Assembly (NCBI GenBank): GCA_950097015.1
Contig: CATNEN010000038.1
Location: 18,538,001 to 18,602,000 of the forward strand
Length of the DNA stretch: 64,000 nucleotides
Source: Macrostomum hystrix
Lineage: Eukaryota; Animalia; Platyhelminthes
Direction of reading: 5' to 3'
In this document: positions 13,809-25,125 of the stretch, in pieces
Layout: each line of letters begins with the position of its first letter
Numbering within the stretch: the first letter of the stretch is position 1
Position numbers and translations under genes: made by a program
Notes under the pieces: generated by a model
Seen by the model: only the letters and a program-made list of their open reading frames with translations
Told to the model about the DNA's origin: nothing
Database searches by the model: none

Positions 13809-14319
13809 GGGTGAGTGGGTCAGCGGCTAATGTCGCTGCCTCACTTCCCAATGGTCGCTGGTTCGTTCCTCCATCCAAGTCACGATTATTTCGGGGCTTA
13901 GTTGGAGGTTTGCGAACTAGTGACTTGCGGAGATGCACCTTATTATGTACAACCAAAGCTCATTTAAAATAGCTTAACCCCTGCCTTCTGCATGCCTGCT
14001 TGTTTGTGTTTGTGTTTGTGCGTTGGGCCGGGTGTGAGGCGTTGTATGGGGGTGGGGCGGGTGTGCACCAGCCATGCGAGCTCTGAGCGCCGAGGTTTCA
14101 CCAGCCGTCTGCGCGCGTGGCTTGGTCCTCTCGTCCCTACCCTTCAGGCATCTAAGTCCTCCCCTGGTTTGGTCTGCTCTGTGCGTGTGCGGGCCTGTGC
14201 GAGGTGCCTGTTTCCAGGGGTCCAGATGGCGCGATGGGCGACTCCCGCCTAGTTCGCAGGCCTGGGGGCATGCCGTTCCTGCGCTTGTGCGTCAAGTGCC
14301 CCAGGCCCCTCTACAAAAA
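13809..14319 (+). mobile_element. tRNA-derived SINE family A (~510 bp), inserted into an older DNA element
   Basis: A box TGGGTCAGCGG, B box GGTTCGTTCC, short A tail, ~15-bp imperfect TSD (GTCCCTGTCATCGGGG / GTCCTTGTCATCAGGG). Near-identical copy at 60206. The flanking host sequence recurs uninterrupted at ~57815-57900. Confidence 0.85.
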
Positions 14320-14556
14320 GTCCTTGTCATCAGGGTCTCTGACAAGAATCGCTGAATATCTCGACGATGCTGACTCGGACGGTTTAAGTATTTAGATCGT
14401 CGTAAAGGGCGGAAAATTGTGTTTCAGATAGTGGACTTTCATGGAAATAGGTCATTCGGTTTGGGAGCTATCGTGATGTTGGCAGTGGTATTTGAAACGC
14501 CCCGTGTGGTTTTTCCCCAGAGAAAAAATAGTTTGCACTTTCTACTGTTAAAAGGA

Positions 14557-17212
14557 TCATCGACGCCGCGGATTGCTAGATCTGGGATGATCAGGGTCGT
14601 TGGAATCGCCAGTCGATGCTGAAACAGGCCAGAGGGGCGTCAGTGCCGACCGGCAGAGGCCCCAGAATTTAGCTGGCTGCAGTTGGCGACGGCCAACGGC
14701 ACGGTAGAAGCGCCAGCCAATGTGCTTGTGACAGCTGCGGCGAGTTTAAGAGACAATGCGACTAGTAAAAAAATGAGCTCAAAAATTGGAAATTAGTAAT
14801 CGGGTCGGGAGATGATTTTACCTGCGGCAAGAGGCGACTCGCCAATCGTAGCCCGGAAACCAGCTGTGCTCGGAGCTGCTCCAGCCGCGGCAGCGCATAG
14901 CGGCCTTGACAACGGTTGCCACGGTAACTAGATCGTGCACCTGTCCAGCCGGATTAACGTAGGCTCCGGTGCAACCGGCCTTGCTCAGACAGATTAGATC
15001 GGACCTGAACGGATTAAAGTATATATAGAAGACGTCACTCAGAGGAGACGTAACCTGAGTGTGGCACAGCAGGCTGTGTACAGCGTTTCAGTCCATAGAC
15101 TGGAGGCCCGCGACACACACCTGAATTTCTACCACAGCAGATATCCTTAAAATGAAGCTCAATGAAATGAACATCCCATCACACAGTTTCCCTGTCATCA
15201 CACAGTTTCCCTGTCATCACACAGTTTCACTGTCATCACAGTTTCCCTGTCATCACACAGTTTCCCTGTCATCACACAGCTTCCCTGTCATCACACAGTT
15301 TCACTGTCATCACACAGTTTCCCTGTCATCACACAGCTTCCCTGTCATCACACAGTTTCCCTGTCATCACAGTTTCCCTGTCATCACACAGTTTCCCTGT
15401 CATCACACAGTTTCACTGTCATCACAGTTTCCCTGTCATCACACAGTTTCCCTGTCATCACACAGTTTCACTGTCATCACAGTTTCCCTGTCATCACACA
15501 GTTTCACTGTCATCACAGTTTCCCTGTCATCATACACGCACCTGCCAGCTAGTCGACGCCCGCAGCCGGCGCAGGCGAAGCCCAGGCAGCGGCGAAGCGC
15601 GTCCAAACAGTTGACCAATCGGCGGCACGGATGATCACAGGCTAGTAGGCTAGCTCTCAGCGAATCAGGAAAGGGCAACTGGCGCATCAGCCAATAGGAG
15701 AAGCCGTTGGTATCCCTAGCCGACGCCGCTTCGGCAGCGACAGCGGCTGCGGTCGGGCACCAGCTGATTAATTCAGCGGCAGCTTCAGCGGCCAGACGGT
15801 CGGGCTGCCAGGCGTCCAGAACCCAGCCGGGCATCGGGCAGGCAGCCTGGCTAAGACGTCGTCGAGGTCTGGATAGCTGCCAGACACCGACACACGGCGC
15901 TAGCGGCAGGCGGCGGGCGACAGTGCCAGTTGTCAAGGCGAATCCGGGCGCTTCAGCTGACTGATCGAGTAGACGAACTCGAACAGTTAGACGGCCGGTT
16001 ATTTCGCGACGAACTGACAACAGTTCGAAGCGCTGCCAGCCAATCAGCTTGGCCCGGATTGTGGTCAGACCAGACTGCGCGAGTTTTGGGATAATTTTGT
16101 GGATAACTTAGAGACTATATCGATTTGAAGCTATAGATTACTGCAAACAAGTTTTTCAGATATCCATCATCCACTAGCTATAATCCACTAGCAATAATCC
16201 ACTAGCTATAATCCACTAGCTTTAATCCACTAGCTATAACCAATTAGCTATAATCCACTAGCTATAATCCACTAGCTATAACCAATTAGCTATAATCCAC
16301 TAGCTATAATCCACTAGCTATAACCAATTAGCTATAATCCACTAGCTATAATCCACTAGCCATAATCCACTAGCTATAATCCACTAGCAATAATCCACTA
16401 GCTATAATCCACTAGCTATAACCAATTAGCTATAATCCACTAGCTATAATCCACTAGCTATAATCCACTAGCTATAATCCACTAGCTATAATCCACTAGC
16501 TATAATCCACTAGCTATATTCACTAGCTATAATCACTAGCTAAAATCCACTAGCTATAACCAACTAGCTATAATCCACTAGCTATAATCCACAAGATATA
16601 ATCCACTAGCAATAACCCAGTAGCCATAATCTACCAGCCATAATCTACTAGCTTTAATCTACCAGCCACAATATATCAGTAATCATAATCTACTTGTCAC
16701 AATCTACTAGCCGTAACCCACTAACCATAATATACCAACCATAATTTACTAGCAATAATCTGCTAGACGAGGCTACTCACACTGTCGTCCGTCTCCTCTT
16801 TATAGGCCAAAATGCGCAGAGTAGTACCGTAGCGACATTTGGCGGGCGTGGCCGATACAATGCCGACACCGGCGGAGGCGCCCAAGCCATTGTGCAACGC
16901 TGACAATACAGCAACATCGGCAGGATAATGCAGCGTCACTGGCAGGATCTGGCCGGGCACTACAACGCCAAGCTGGCAGGCCAGGCAGGGCAGTTCTAGT
17001 ACAGCCGGCTGCGGTCCTTCTATAGCTATCGCAGTTGACAAGGAGGCCGGCGCCGGTTCCAAATCGTTGCCCAGGTAGCCGTGCTGCAACGGCAGGTTGA
17101 CATCGAAGGTAATGACGGCTACAATGGCATTTCTCTGATTATTATTATTGTTGTTGTTGTTGTTGTTGTTGTTGTGACGCAGATTTCTTAGATAGCGAAA
17201 TAAGCGCAGCAT
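14557..17212 (-). CDS. CRBN: Cereblon; exons 16781-17212, 15542-16074, 14822-15004, 14557-14734
   Basis: N-terminal FDVNLPLQHGYLGNDLE, LON-like VVVPGQILP and GWQRFELL, FSYW..QLP, Zn-binding CAGC...CRSC, and CULT domain YVNPAGQVHD, EHSWFPGYDW, HIGW, FWGL. Canonical splice sites in compatible phase. Confidence 0.93.
15175..15533. repeat. 17/19-bp minisatellite (GTTTCCCTGTCATCACACA), CRBN intron 2
   Basis: About 19 tandem copies beginning within ~10 nt of the splice donor. Confidence 0.95.
16168..16760. repeat. 14-bp minisatellite (TAATCCACTAGCTA), CRBN intron 1
   Basis: About 40 copies, degenerating toward the donor end. Confidence 0.95.
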
Positions 17213-18377
17213 CGCTTCGAGTAAAGTGCGCTCTTTTTCTTCGACTTATCGCGTACTGAAATATAAATTTAATCAAATATTAGACCTCTATGACGGCATT
17301 TAAGGTAAACGGCGAGAGTAACTATGGTGTTAATAAATGCTTCGTCAACTAATAAGTAGGTTATTCAGAAATCCGACTGAAATAAAAAATTCTATTTCTA
17401 ATTTGATATCGAAAAAAGTTACAAAATTGTAACGTTAAAGTACTAACCACTGCTATAGTGCCCCCCTAAAAACTTAAAACTCCTCAGAAGGGAAAATCTA
17501 TTAAAAATCAATTAGGGAAGAAAACACTAGTTAAAGAAATACAAAATTAACAACAATATGAATTGGCTACTTGCATTATAGTAGTAGCTACATAATTGCA
17601 TTTAGCAGCAGTTTTGGGCGTCACAGAAAATGCGCTTCATAATTTATCATATTTTAAACAAAGTAAACGTATGCTGACGCATTCGGAAAAATCTCGACCA
17701 TGAAAGTCTTAGACGCTGGCATACGAGTAAAAATAATTCTAGATAATAGCGACAGGTGTCTTAAAAACCGGAGAATGCACACAATTACAGTTCAGTCGTA
17801 CATTATATTGCATGAAGTGAGCACAACAAAATTAAGACAATCATTTATAAAGTGTTGGGTTAATTGTATAGCTCGTAAATAGATTTTAGCACAAAGTTAT
17901 AAATGCCTTAGGCTTGTGGTATAGTGACTTGTTAAAAAATGCTTAGATATTGTGTAAATTCAGACAAGCAATTTTTAAGTGGCGGCATAAGTAAAACAGT
18001 CAGTTTAAAGTGCAGGTTTGCATAGTAGAAAATATATATTGACCAAAATTGAAGCATACAAAATAAAACAACGAGAAAAACGAGTACTAACATGAAAAAA
18101 ACAGTTAAAAGCGACCGATCCGTACTACTCTACTGAAAGTAGCGCGGAAGCGAATTTAAAACATTTAAAATAGCGTATAGTTTTTACTAGTCAAACTAAT
18201 ACTACTGATAGTAATACTTTACTACATCAGAAATAAAAATAAAATAAGGTCAGAAACGCGTTGCAAATTGTTTTAGTAAATGTTTCTGATTGTGACTGAT
18301 TCAATTAAATATAAGCGCATAGATATACAAAATATATTGTACAGCCCGGTTGAGATTAAATTTGCAATTATCAGGTG

Positions 18378-21300
18378 TTAATCTTCATCGCTGGATGTTA
18401 AACTAGTAACCGAGTCGTCTTGCAGCATGCGCAGCTGCCTACTGGGCCTACGCTGCTCGTCCAGAGCGTCATCTCCGGACGCTTTTCGCTTGCGTCGGAC
18501 AGAACGACAAGAGGAGGGCCCGGTCAGCCAGGAACCGTCGCCTACGCCGCCGACTGATGCTCTGGTTGGCGACATCTTGGTGGCGAATAGAGAATAAATA
18601 TGATGTGACTTTATCAAAATAGAGAAACTAGACTTAGGGGACAATCATTAGACGGAATGATCAGGGGTAGAGAATGGTCGTAGAGGTAGATAAGAATGAT
18701 CAGAGAGGTAGGTAAGATAAAAACCATAGGGGTAGATCAAAACCATTAGAGGGATAGATGATACTTATCAGGGCGGGGGGTAGATGAGAACGGTCAGAGA
18801 AATAGATAAGAATGGTCAGAGAGGTAGATAAGAATGGTCAGAGAGGTAGATAAGAATGGTCAGAGAGGTAGATAAGAATGGTCAGATAGGTAGATAAGAA
18901 TGGTCAGAGAGGTAGATAAGAATGGTCAGAGAGGTAGATAAGAACGGTCAGAGCTGCGACTCACCTGTTCCAGCCTCTCGACATCGTTGAAGCGCACAGC
19001 GGAGCCGCCCCCGGCGGTAGGCGTGACGGATCCCTTGTACACCTCGGTGCGCAGGCCGCCGTTGGCATCGGCAGTCTGGTGAGTCAGCACGTAGTCCGTG
19101 GCCTTGTTGATGTCGCGAGCCTCAAGCTTGGTGACAGACTTCCTCTTGCCCGACACTTTAGCGCACAGCACGGTGCCGCTGGGAGTCTCGTTCTTGGCGT
19201 GATGATCGACGATCAGCTGGCCGGCGCTGCGGGACCGCCTGCGAAAGCGCGGATTAGCCGGCGGAGGCGGCCCACCAGCGACGCCATTGTTCTGAAGATC
19301 CGGCTGCTGCTGATGGGGCGGCTGCTTCTGGCCGCTGGCTCCTGGGCTGAAGCGGCAGCGCAGGCGGCTAACAAGGCCGGGCGTCGGCGCGACGCCAGCA
19401 GCTGAAGCTGCAGCAGCCGCTGATGCCGCATCAGCGTTCAGCTGCTCCTGGGAGCGACTCCGGCGCATGTGAGTCCTGGCGGCAGTCTTTTGCGCCGTGT
19501 CCTGCGGGTCCAGTCGAAATTCGGTTGATTGACAGCTTCAAAACTTCCCCTATAGACAAATCATCAGAACAGATCAACCCGATTTTACAGGCGATCTCGC
19601 AAAGTCTGCCAATCGAGCAACTCACCATGCGGTACTTAAACTGACCCCGCAGCCTCTCTTTGTATTGAACTGAGTTAGTAGTCTGAATAGCTTGCTTTTT
19701 GCAGTCCTTATAGCCTACTTACAGTAGTGTCAATTGCCTGCCTAAAGTAGTCTTAAAAGCCTCAAAAGTCTCGATAGCACACGTAAACCATCGATAAACT
19801 CACCATGCGGTACTTAAACTGATCCCGCAGCCTCTCCTTGTCCGCCCGCTCCCGCCGCAGCTGGTTCTCCTGATCCTCCAGTCGGGTCAGCAGCTCTCGC
19901 CGGCCCGTATCAGCGGTGGCGCGGTCCTTGCACAGCCGCATCTCCGCATTGCGCAGCCGCTTCTCCAACCTGGCCTTCTCCGCCCTGTGCGCCGCCTGCA
20001 GCCGCTGCAGCTCTTCCAGAGCATCGGCGCCGCCGCTGCCGCTGCCGCCGTCCTCCCAGGCTGCGTCCAGTTCGGCCCGGAACAGTCTGGTCCTCTGCTC
20101 CCAGAGATCCCACTGCGACTCCCGCAGGGTGGCGCCTGCGGCTGCGGCGGCGGCGTCCAGCGAGGATGGCAGCGGCGACACTGGCCTGATGGCGTCGAAC
20201 TGCCAGAGGCGGCAATTCAAGCCGTCGTCAGTTGACTCGGATGATGAAGGCGGCGCTGATGGCTGCTGTGAGCGAGGAGTAGCGGCCGGCTGCCAGCGGG
20301 GTGTTTGCGGAGCTCTTGAGCGAACGACCTGCGAGTGACAGGCGGGGAACGACTGAAATATCGATTGAGGTGAGACTGGCACGCATGGGAGTGGAGGGAA
20401 GGGGATGGCAGATGGGAGAGGAGAGAAGGGGATGGCAGATGGGAGAGGAGAGAAGGGGATGGCAGATGGGAGTGGAGAGAAGGGGATGGCAGATGGGGAG
20501 TGGAGAGAAGGGGATGGCAGATGGAAGTGGAGAGAAGGGGATGGCAGATGGGAGTGGAGGGAAGGGGATGGCAGATGGGGAGTGGAGGGAAGGGGGTGGC
20601 AGATGGGAGTGGAGGGAAGGGGATGGCAGATGGGAGAGGAGAGAAGGGGATGGCAGATGGGAGTGGAGAGAAGGGGATGGCAGATGGGAGAGGAGAGAAG
20701 GGGATGGCAGATGGGAGAGGAGAGAAGGGGATGGCAGATGGGAGAGGAGAGAAGGGGATGGCAGATGGGAGAGGAGAGAAGGGGATGGCAGATGGAAGTG
20801 GAGAGAAGGGGATGGCAGATGGGAGTGGAGGGAAGGGGATGGCAGATGGGGAGTGGAGGGAAGGGGATGGCAGATGGGGAGTGGAGGGAAGGGGATGGCA
20901 GAGGGGAGTGGAGGGAAGGGGATGGCAGATGGGGAGTGGAGGGAAGGGGATGGCAGATGGGGGTGGAGGGAAGGGGATGGCAGATGGGAGTGGAGGGAAG
21001 GGGATGGCAGATGGGGAGTGGAGGGAAGGGGATGCAGAACAGACAGCAGACTCACCTGCACTTCGGCGGCCATCTCGGCGAACTTCAGCACATTTGCCGT
21101 CTCCTCGGCCTCCTCGGCGTTGCGGTTGACGCAGAGCACCATCTTGACGGCACCGTCGCCATCGAAGAAGTTCTTGAACAGCTGAGTCATCTTGCTGTCT
21201 CTGTAGGGCACCATCTTGGTGGCAGCGTTGGCGCCCCCGGCGCTGACAGCCCGCTGGTTCTCCCGCAAGGCCTCAATGCAGCGCTTCAGCACGAGCAGAG

Positions 21301-24300
21301 AGTTGTTGATGTTTGACGCCTCCCGCAGCCGGCTGCCAGCGTTGCCCGTGCGCTGCGACCGCTCGGAGCCAGCCAGGTCCACCAGGCACAGCTGGCTCAC
21401 CTGCAGCAGGCTCTTGTCCTGCGGTGGGCGGCGGGGAGCTGCTTTGTTCCCGATACTGAATGTCAGCGGCTCACCTGGACTGCCCGCTCCCGAATGCTAC
21501 TAGACATCGACGACTCACCTGGACTGCCCGCACCTGAATACTACTAAAGATCGACGACTCACCTGGACTGCCCGCACCCGAATGCTACTAGACATCGACG
21601 ACTCACCTGGACCATCTCGTCGCGCCGGCAGTCGTAGCAGCCGCGCACGAGGCGGACGGTGAAGACGGAGTGTGATCTGGAGCTCTCGGCATTCAGAGCG
21701 GTCTGGGCGACCTTCCGCCTGGCGCGGCCCCTCAGAAAGACGGCGTAGGCCTCATCGCCGGAGCGACACTCGACCTCCTGGGCGCCGCTGACGAACACGT
21801 TCCGCCTGGCGTCCTCCCGCAGAGCCCGCGACGTCGGCTCGGCCCTAGACAGCTGGCCGCTAAAGTCCTCCAGCAGGTCATAGGCCAGCTTGTTGTAGAT
21901 CTCCACGTAGCTCACGAACACCGCGCAGCCGAAGGCGTCGCCATCCAGCTCTCCAAGGGGCACTCGGGCCGACTCGCGCAATCGGTTAGCCGCCTGCGAG
22001 TTTAGTGGTTTAGTAGCTACGGAGTGTGATATCTGATGCAACGAGTTCAGGGTTTATGAATTTAGGGTGTAGGGAGTTCAGGGTGTGGGGAGTACAGGAT
22101 GTATGCTACGGATTTCAGGTTGTTGGGAGTTCAAGCTGTTGGATAGGGAGTTCAGGGTGAATGCCAAGGAGGTCAGGGTGTAGGCTAAGGAGTTCAGGGT
22201 GTAGGCTAGGCAGTTCAGGGTGTAGGCTAGGCAGTTCAGGGTGTAGGTTATGGAGTTCAGGGTGTAGGCTATGGAGTTCAGGGTGTAGGCTATGGAGTTC
22301 AGGGTGTAGGCTAGGCAGTTCAGGGTGTAGGCTAGGCAGTTCAGGGTGTAGGCTATGGAGTTCAGGGTGTAGGCTAGGCAGTTCAGGGTGTAGGCTATGG
22401 AGTTCAGGGTGTAGGCTAGGCAGTTCAGGGTGTAGGCTAGGCAGTTCAGGTTGTAGGCTATGGAGTTCAGGGTGTAGGCTAGGCAGTTCAGGGTGTAGGC
22501 TATGGAGTTCAGGGTGTAGGCTAGGCAGTTCAGGGTGTAGGCTATGGAGTTCAGGGTGTAGGCTAGACAGTTCAGGTTGTAGGCTAGGCAGTTCAGGGTG
22601 TAGGCTATGGAGTTCAGGGTGTAGGCTATGGAGTTCAGGGTGTAGGCTAGGCAGTTCAGGGTGTAGGCTATGGAGTTCAGGGTGTAGGCTAGGCAGTTCA
22701 GGGTGTAGGCTATGGAGTTCAGGGTGTAGGCTAGGCAGTTCAGGGTGTAGGCTAGGCAGATCAGGGTGTAGGCTATGGAGTTCAGGGTGTAGGCAAGGCA
22801 GTTCAGGGTGTAGGCTAGGCAGTTCAGGGTGTAGGCTAGGCAGTTCAGGGTGTAGGCTAGGCAGTTCAGGGTGTAGGCTATGGAGTCCAGGGTGTAGGCT
22901 ATGGAGTTCAGGGTGTAGGCTAGGCAGTTCAGGGTGTAGGCTAGGCAGTTCAGGGTTTGTGCTAGGCAGTTCAGGGTTCTGGGAGTTCATGAGTCCAATG
23001 CTCAAAGAGTACAAGTCCCACAAACCTCAGCCTCGAGCTGTCTGGCTGCGCCGCCCTGCCGCTGAGCCAGCTCAGTCCGCTGTCGCTCCATCATGGCGCT
23101 GGCCTCGCTGTGAATGTCAAATCCGTTGGCCCGGTCTGGCCGGATAACGAATTTCTTAGCCAGTAGGCTGCCCACGGAGTTAAACAGAGCGTCAAGGCAG
23201 CGGGGTAGCAGGCCTGGATTGTCTGGATGGCCGTGCATTGTAAAGCTCTTGCCGCTGCCGGTTACACCGTAGGTGAATAACAGGCCATTGCGGCCCTGAA
23301 CCAGCTCCTCGACTAGGGGCAGGCCCACACTGCTGAACACATCCGACTGCTTGGAGGCATCGTCAAATACGCGAGTGAATGTGTACTCGGTGGACCTGAG
23401 GCGAGTTCAGTTAAAGTAATTACACGATTCGTATTTTTCTACTCTAAGTAGTGTAATTAAGACATAAATTTTGTTCGGCGCAAGAATAAATCTATGACAA
23501 ACTTTTTTTTAAATGACGCCATGTCTACTTAAAGTAAGAAAGTAAGAAGATAAGTAACTGTCAATTTTTTAAATAACTATTTGACAATACTTATTATAAT
23601 TGTAACAATAATTGCATTGGCTGCGGGCATTGACGCATCATTTAGTGACACTAGACCAGCACTCCAGCAGTTCTGCTCATTTCGCTGACTCCTGAGCACA
23701 CACACACACATACTGTACGCAGGCGCACACTCACACAGGTTGTGTACATCTGGCCTGACTTTCTTATCATCAGGCATTGTACACTTGCACTGTGCCTTGG
23801 AGGTTGGCCCTCAAGGGCGTAAATTGCACGACAAGCCCCACAAGCCTTCTCTCCGCGGCTGCACCACAATTTAATGTGGCCTCACCGCGAAATCGAGCTC
23901 AGGGATCTTGGTGCGAGAGGCAAACGCGTTTACCGCTCTGCCACTCACCCCCATTGACGATACTTAAAAATACCTACTAAATAATAATAATACCTACTAA
24001 TAATAAAACAACAAATCAGTACATAGATCAGATGGTGGATAATATAAATGAATAGTTAATATCCAATAAATTTGGCATATCGTGGTTAAAAAGAACGGAC
24101 TGGTGGAACTAAACACCCATCCACAATTACCCCAGATAATGCTGGTACCCATTAGACAGCTGAGTGAAGTGAAGCAATACAGAGTCAAGTGTCTTGCTAA
24201 AGGACACATTGTTCCAGTGGAGTCGGAATCGAACCCCCGACCTCCAAGTCGTAAGTCCGACGCTCTAACCACTAGGCTTTAACCACATTTTAGGCGAGAT

Positions 24301-25125
24301 GGTGATTAATGAGACGAAACTCACTTGACAGTGCCCACCCGCTCCAAAAGCAGAGTCTTGTCATCCTTGATAGTCAGGCAGTCGTCGAAGTCGGCGCTTA
24401 TTGGCGCCGGTCTGACCCGACAGAAGACTTCCACGGAGTCGCGCGCCTGCTGGGAATTGGCCCGCCTGGCTGGTCGGCCTGGTGTGCGGCCTGGCTGCTG
24501 CTGCATTGGCTAGCAACTTGCCTAATTGGCTGGGCTTACTGGCTAGCGACTAGCCTGATTGGCTGGGCAGACTGGCTAGCAACTGGCCTGATTGGCAGGG
24601 CTGACTGGCTAGCAACTGGCTGGGCTGACTGGCTAGCAACTGGCCTGATTGGCTGGGCCGACTGGCTAGCAACTGGCCTGATTGGCTGGGCTGACTGGCT
24701 AGCAACTGGCCTGATTGGCTGGGCCGACTGGCTAGCAACTGGCTGGGCTGACTGGCCTGATTGGCTGAGCCGACTGGCTAGCAACTGGCTGGGCTGACTG
24801 GCTAGCAACTGGCTGGGCTGACTGGCCTGATTGGCTGAGCCGACTGGCTAGCAACTGGCTGGGCTGACTGGCTAGCAACTTACCTGATTGGCTGGGCCGA
24901 CTGGCCTGATTGGCTGGGCCGACTGGTTAGCAACTGGCTGGGCTGACTGGCCTGATTGGCTGGGCTGACTCGCTAGGCTAGCAACTGGCTGGGCTGACTG
25001 GCTAGCAACTGGCCTGATTGGCTGGGCCGACTGGCTAGCAACTGGTCTGATTGGCTGGCTGAAATAAAATATTTTTTTCATTATGAGATTCAATGGCAGA
25101 GAGTTGCATTTACTTGAAGGCTCAT
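18378..25125 (-). CDS. KIF23: Kinesin-6 MKLP1/Pavarotti (centralspindlin); exons 25114-25125, 24325-24509, 23026-23395, 21607-21993, 21056-21418, 19804-20328, 18965-19501, 18378-18575
   Basis: VEVFCRVRP, P-loop YGVTGSGKS, kinesin-6 loop-6 insert, SYVEIYN, NAESSRSH, LVDLAGSER, VPYRDSK, coiled coil, two RRSRS motifs, and the MKLP1 Arf6-binding tail (YVLTHQ...TEVYKG..PTAGGGSAVRFNDVE). The first tiny exon is tentative. Confidence 0.93.
18790..18953. repeat. 22-bp minisatellite (AGAGGTAGATAAGAATGGTCAG), last KIF23 intron
   Basis: About seven copies adjacent to the donor at 18964. Confidence 0.9.
20385..21037. repeat. ~27-bp purine-rich minisatellite (GGGAGTGGAGGGAAGGGGATGGCAGAT), KIF23 intron
   Basis: About 24 copies, strong strand asymmetry with G-runs. 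Confidence 0.95.
21468..21612 (-). repeat. 44-bp tandem repeat containing the 5' splice site GTCCAG|GTGAG
   Basis: Four copies of CTCACCTGGAC on the + strand at ~21470, 21514, 21558 and 21602. Confidence 0.9.
22040..22990. repeat. 21-bp minisatellite (AGTTCAGGGTGTAGGCTAGGC / ...ATGG), KIF23 intron
   Basis: About 42 copies, two interleaved variants. Confidence 0.95.
23590..23951 (-). mobile_element. tRNA-derived SINE family B, near full length
   Basis: Head GGGGTGAGTGGCAGAGCGG (A box) ... GCTCGATTTC (B-box-like), conserved hairpin core, ATT-rich tail. Several relatives in the window. Confidence 0.85.
24085..24280 (-). mobile_element. tRNA-derived SINE family C (CORE-like)
   Basis: TAGTGGTTAGAGCG...GGTTCGATTCC head, followed by GTGTCCTTTAGCAAGACACTT (CORE-like) and AATGGGTACC. 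Confidence 0.8.
24510..25060. repeat. ~24/33-bp minisatellite (CTGGCTAGCAACTGGCCTGATTGGCTGGGCTGA), KIF23 intron 1
   Basis: About 17 copies. On the minus strand the unit contains GTTGCTAG|CCA, identical to the inferred acceptor. Confidence 0.92.

Noticed and set aside
13727-14395. Duplicated small ORFs (repeated at 60162-60721)
   Set aside because: Chance ORFs within the two SINE-A copies.
22115-23147. ORFs of HPELPSL and GCRLGSS repeats (likewise ORFs at 15152, 20301-21316, 24536, 28266-28982, 41449-42060, 59440-60049)
   Set aside because: Translations of minisatellites whose units happen to lack stop codons; most lie within introns defined by conserved flanking exons.
24205-24280. tRNA gene
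   Set aside because: The tRNA-like head continues into a SINE body with other copies in the window, and the acceptor stem is not intact.
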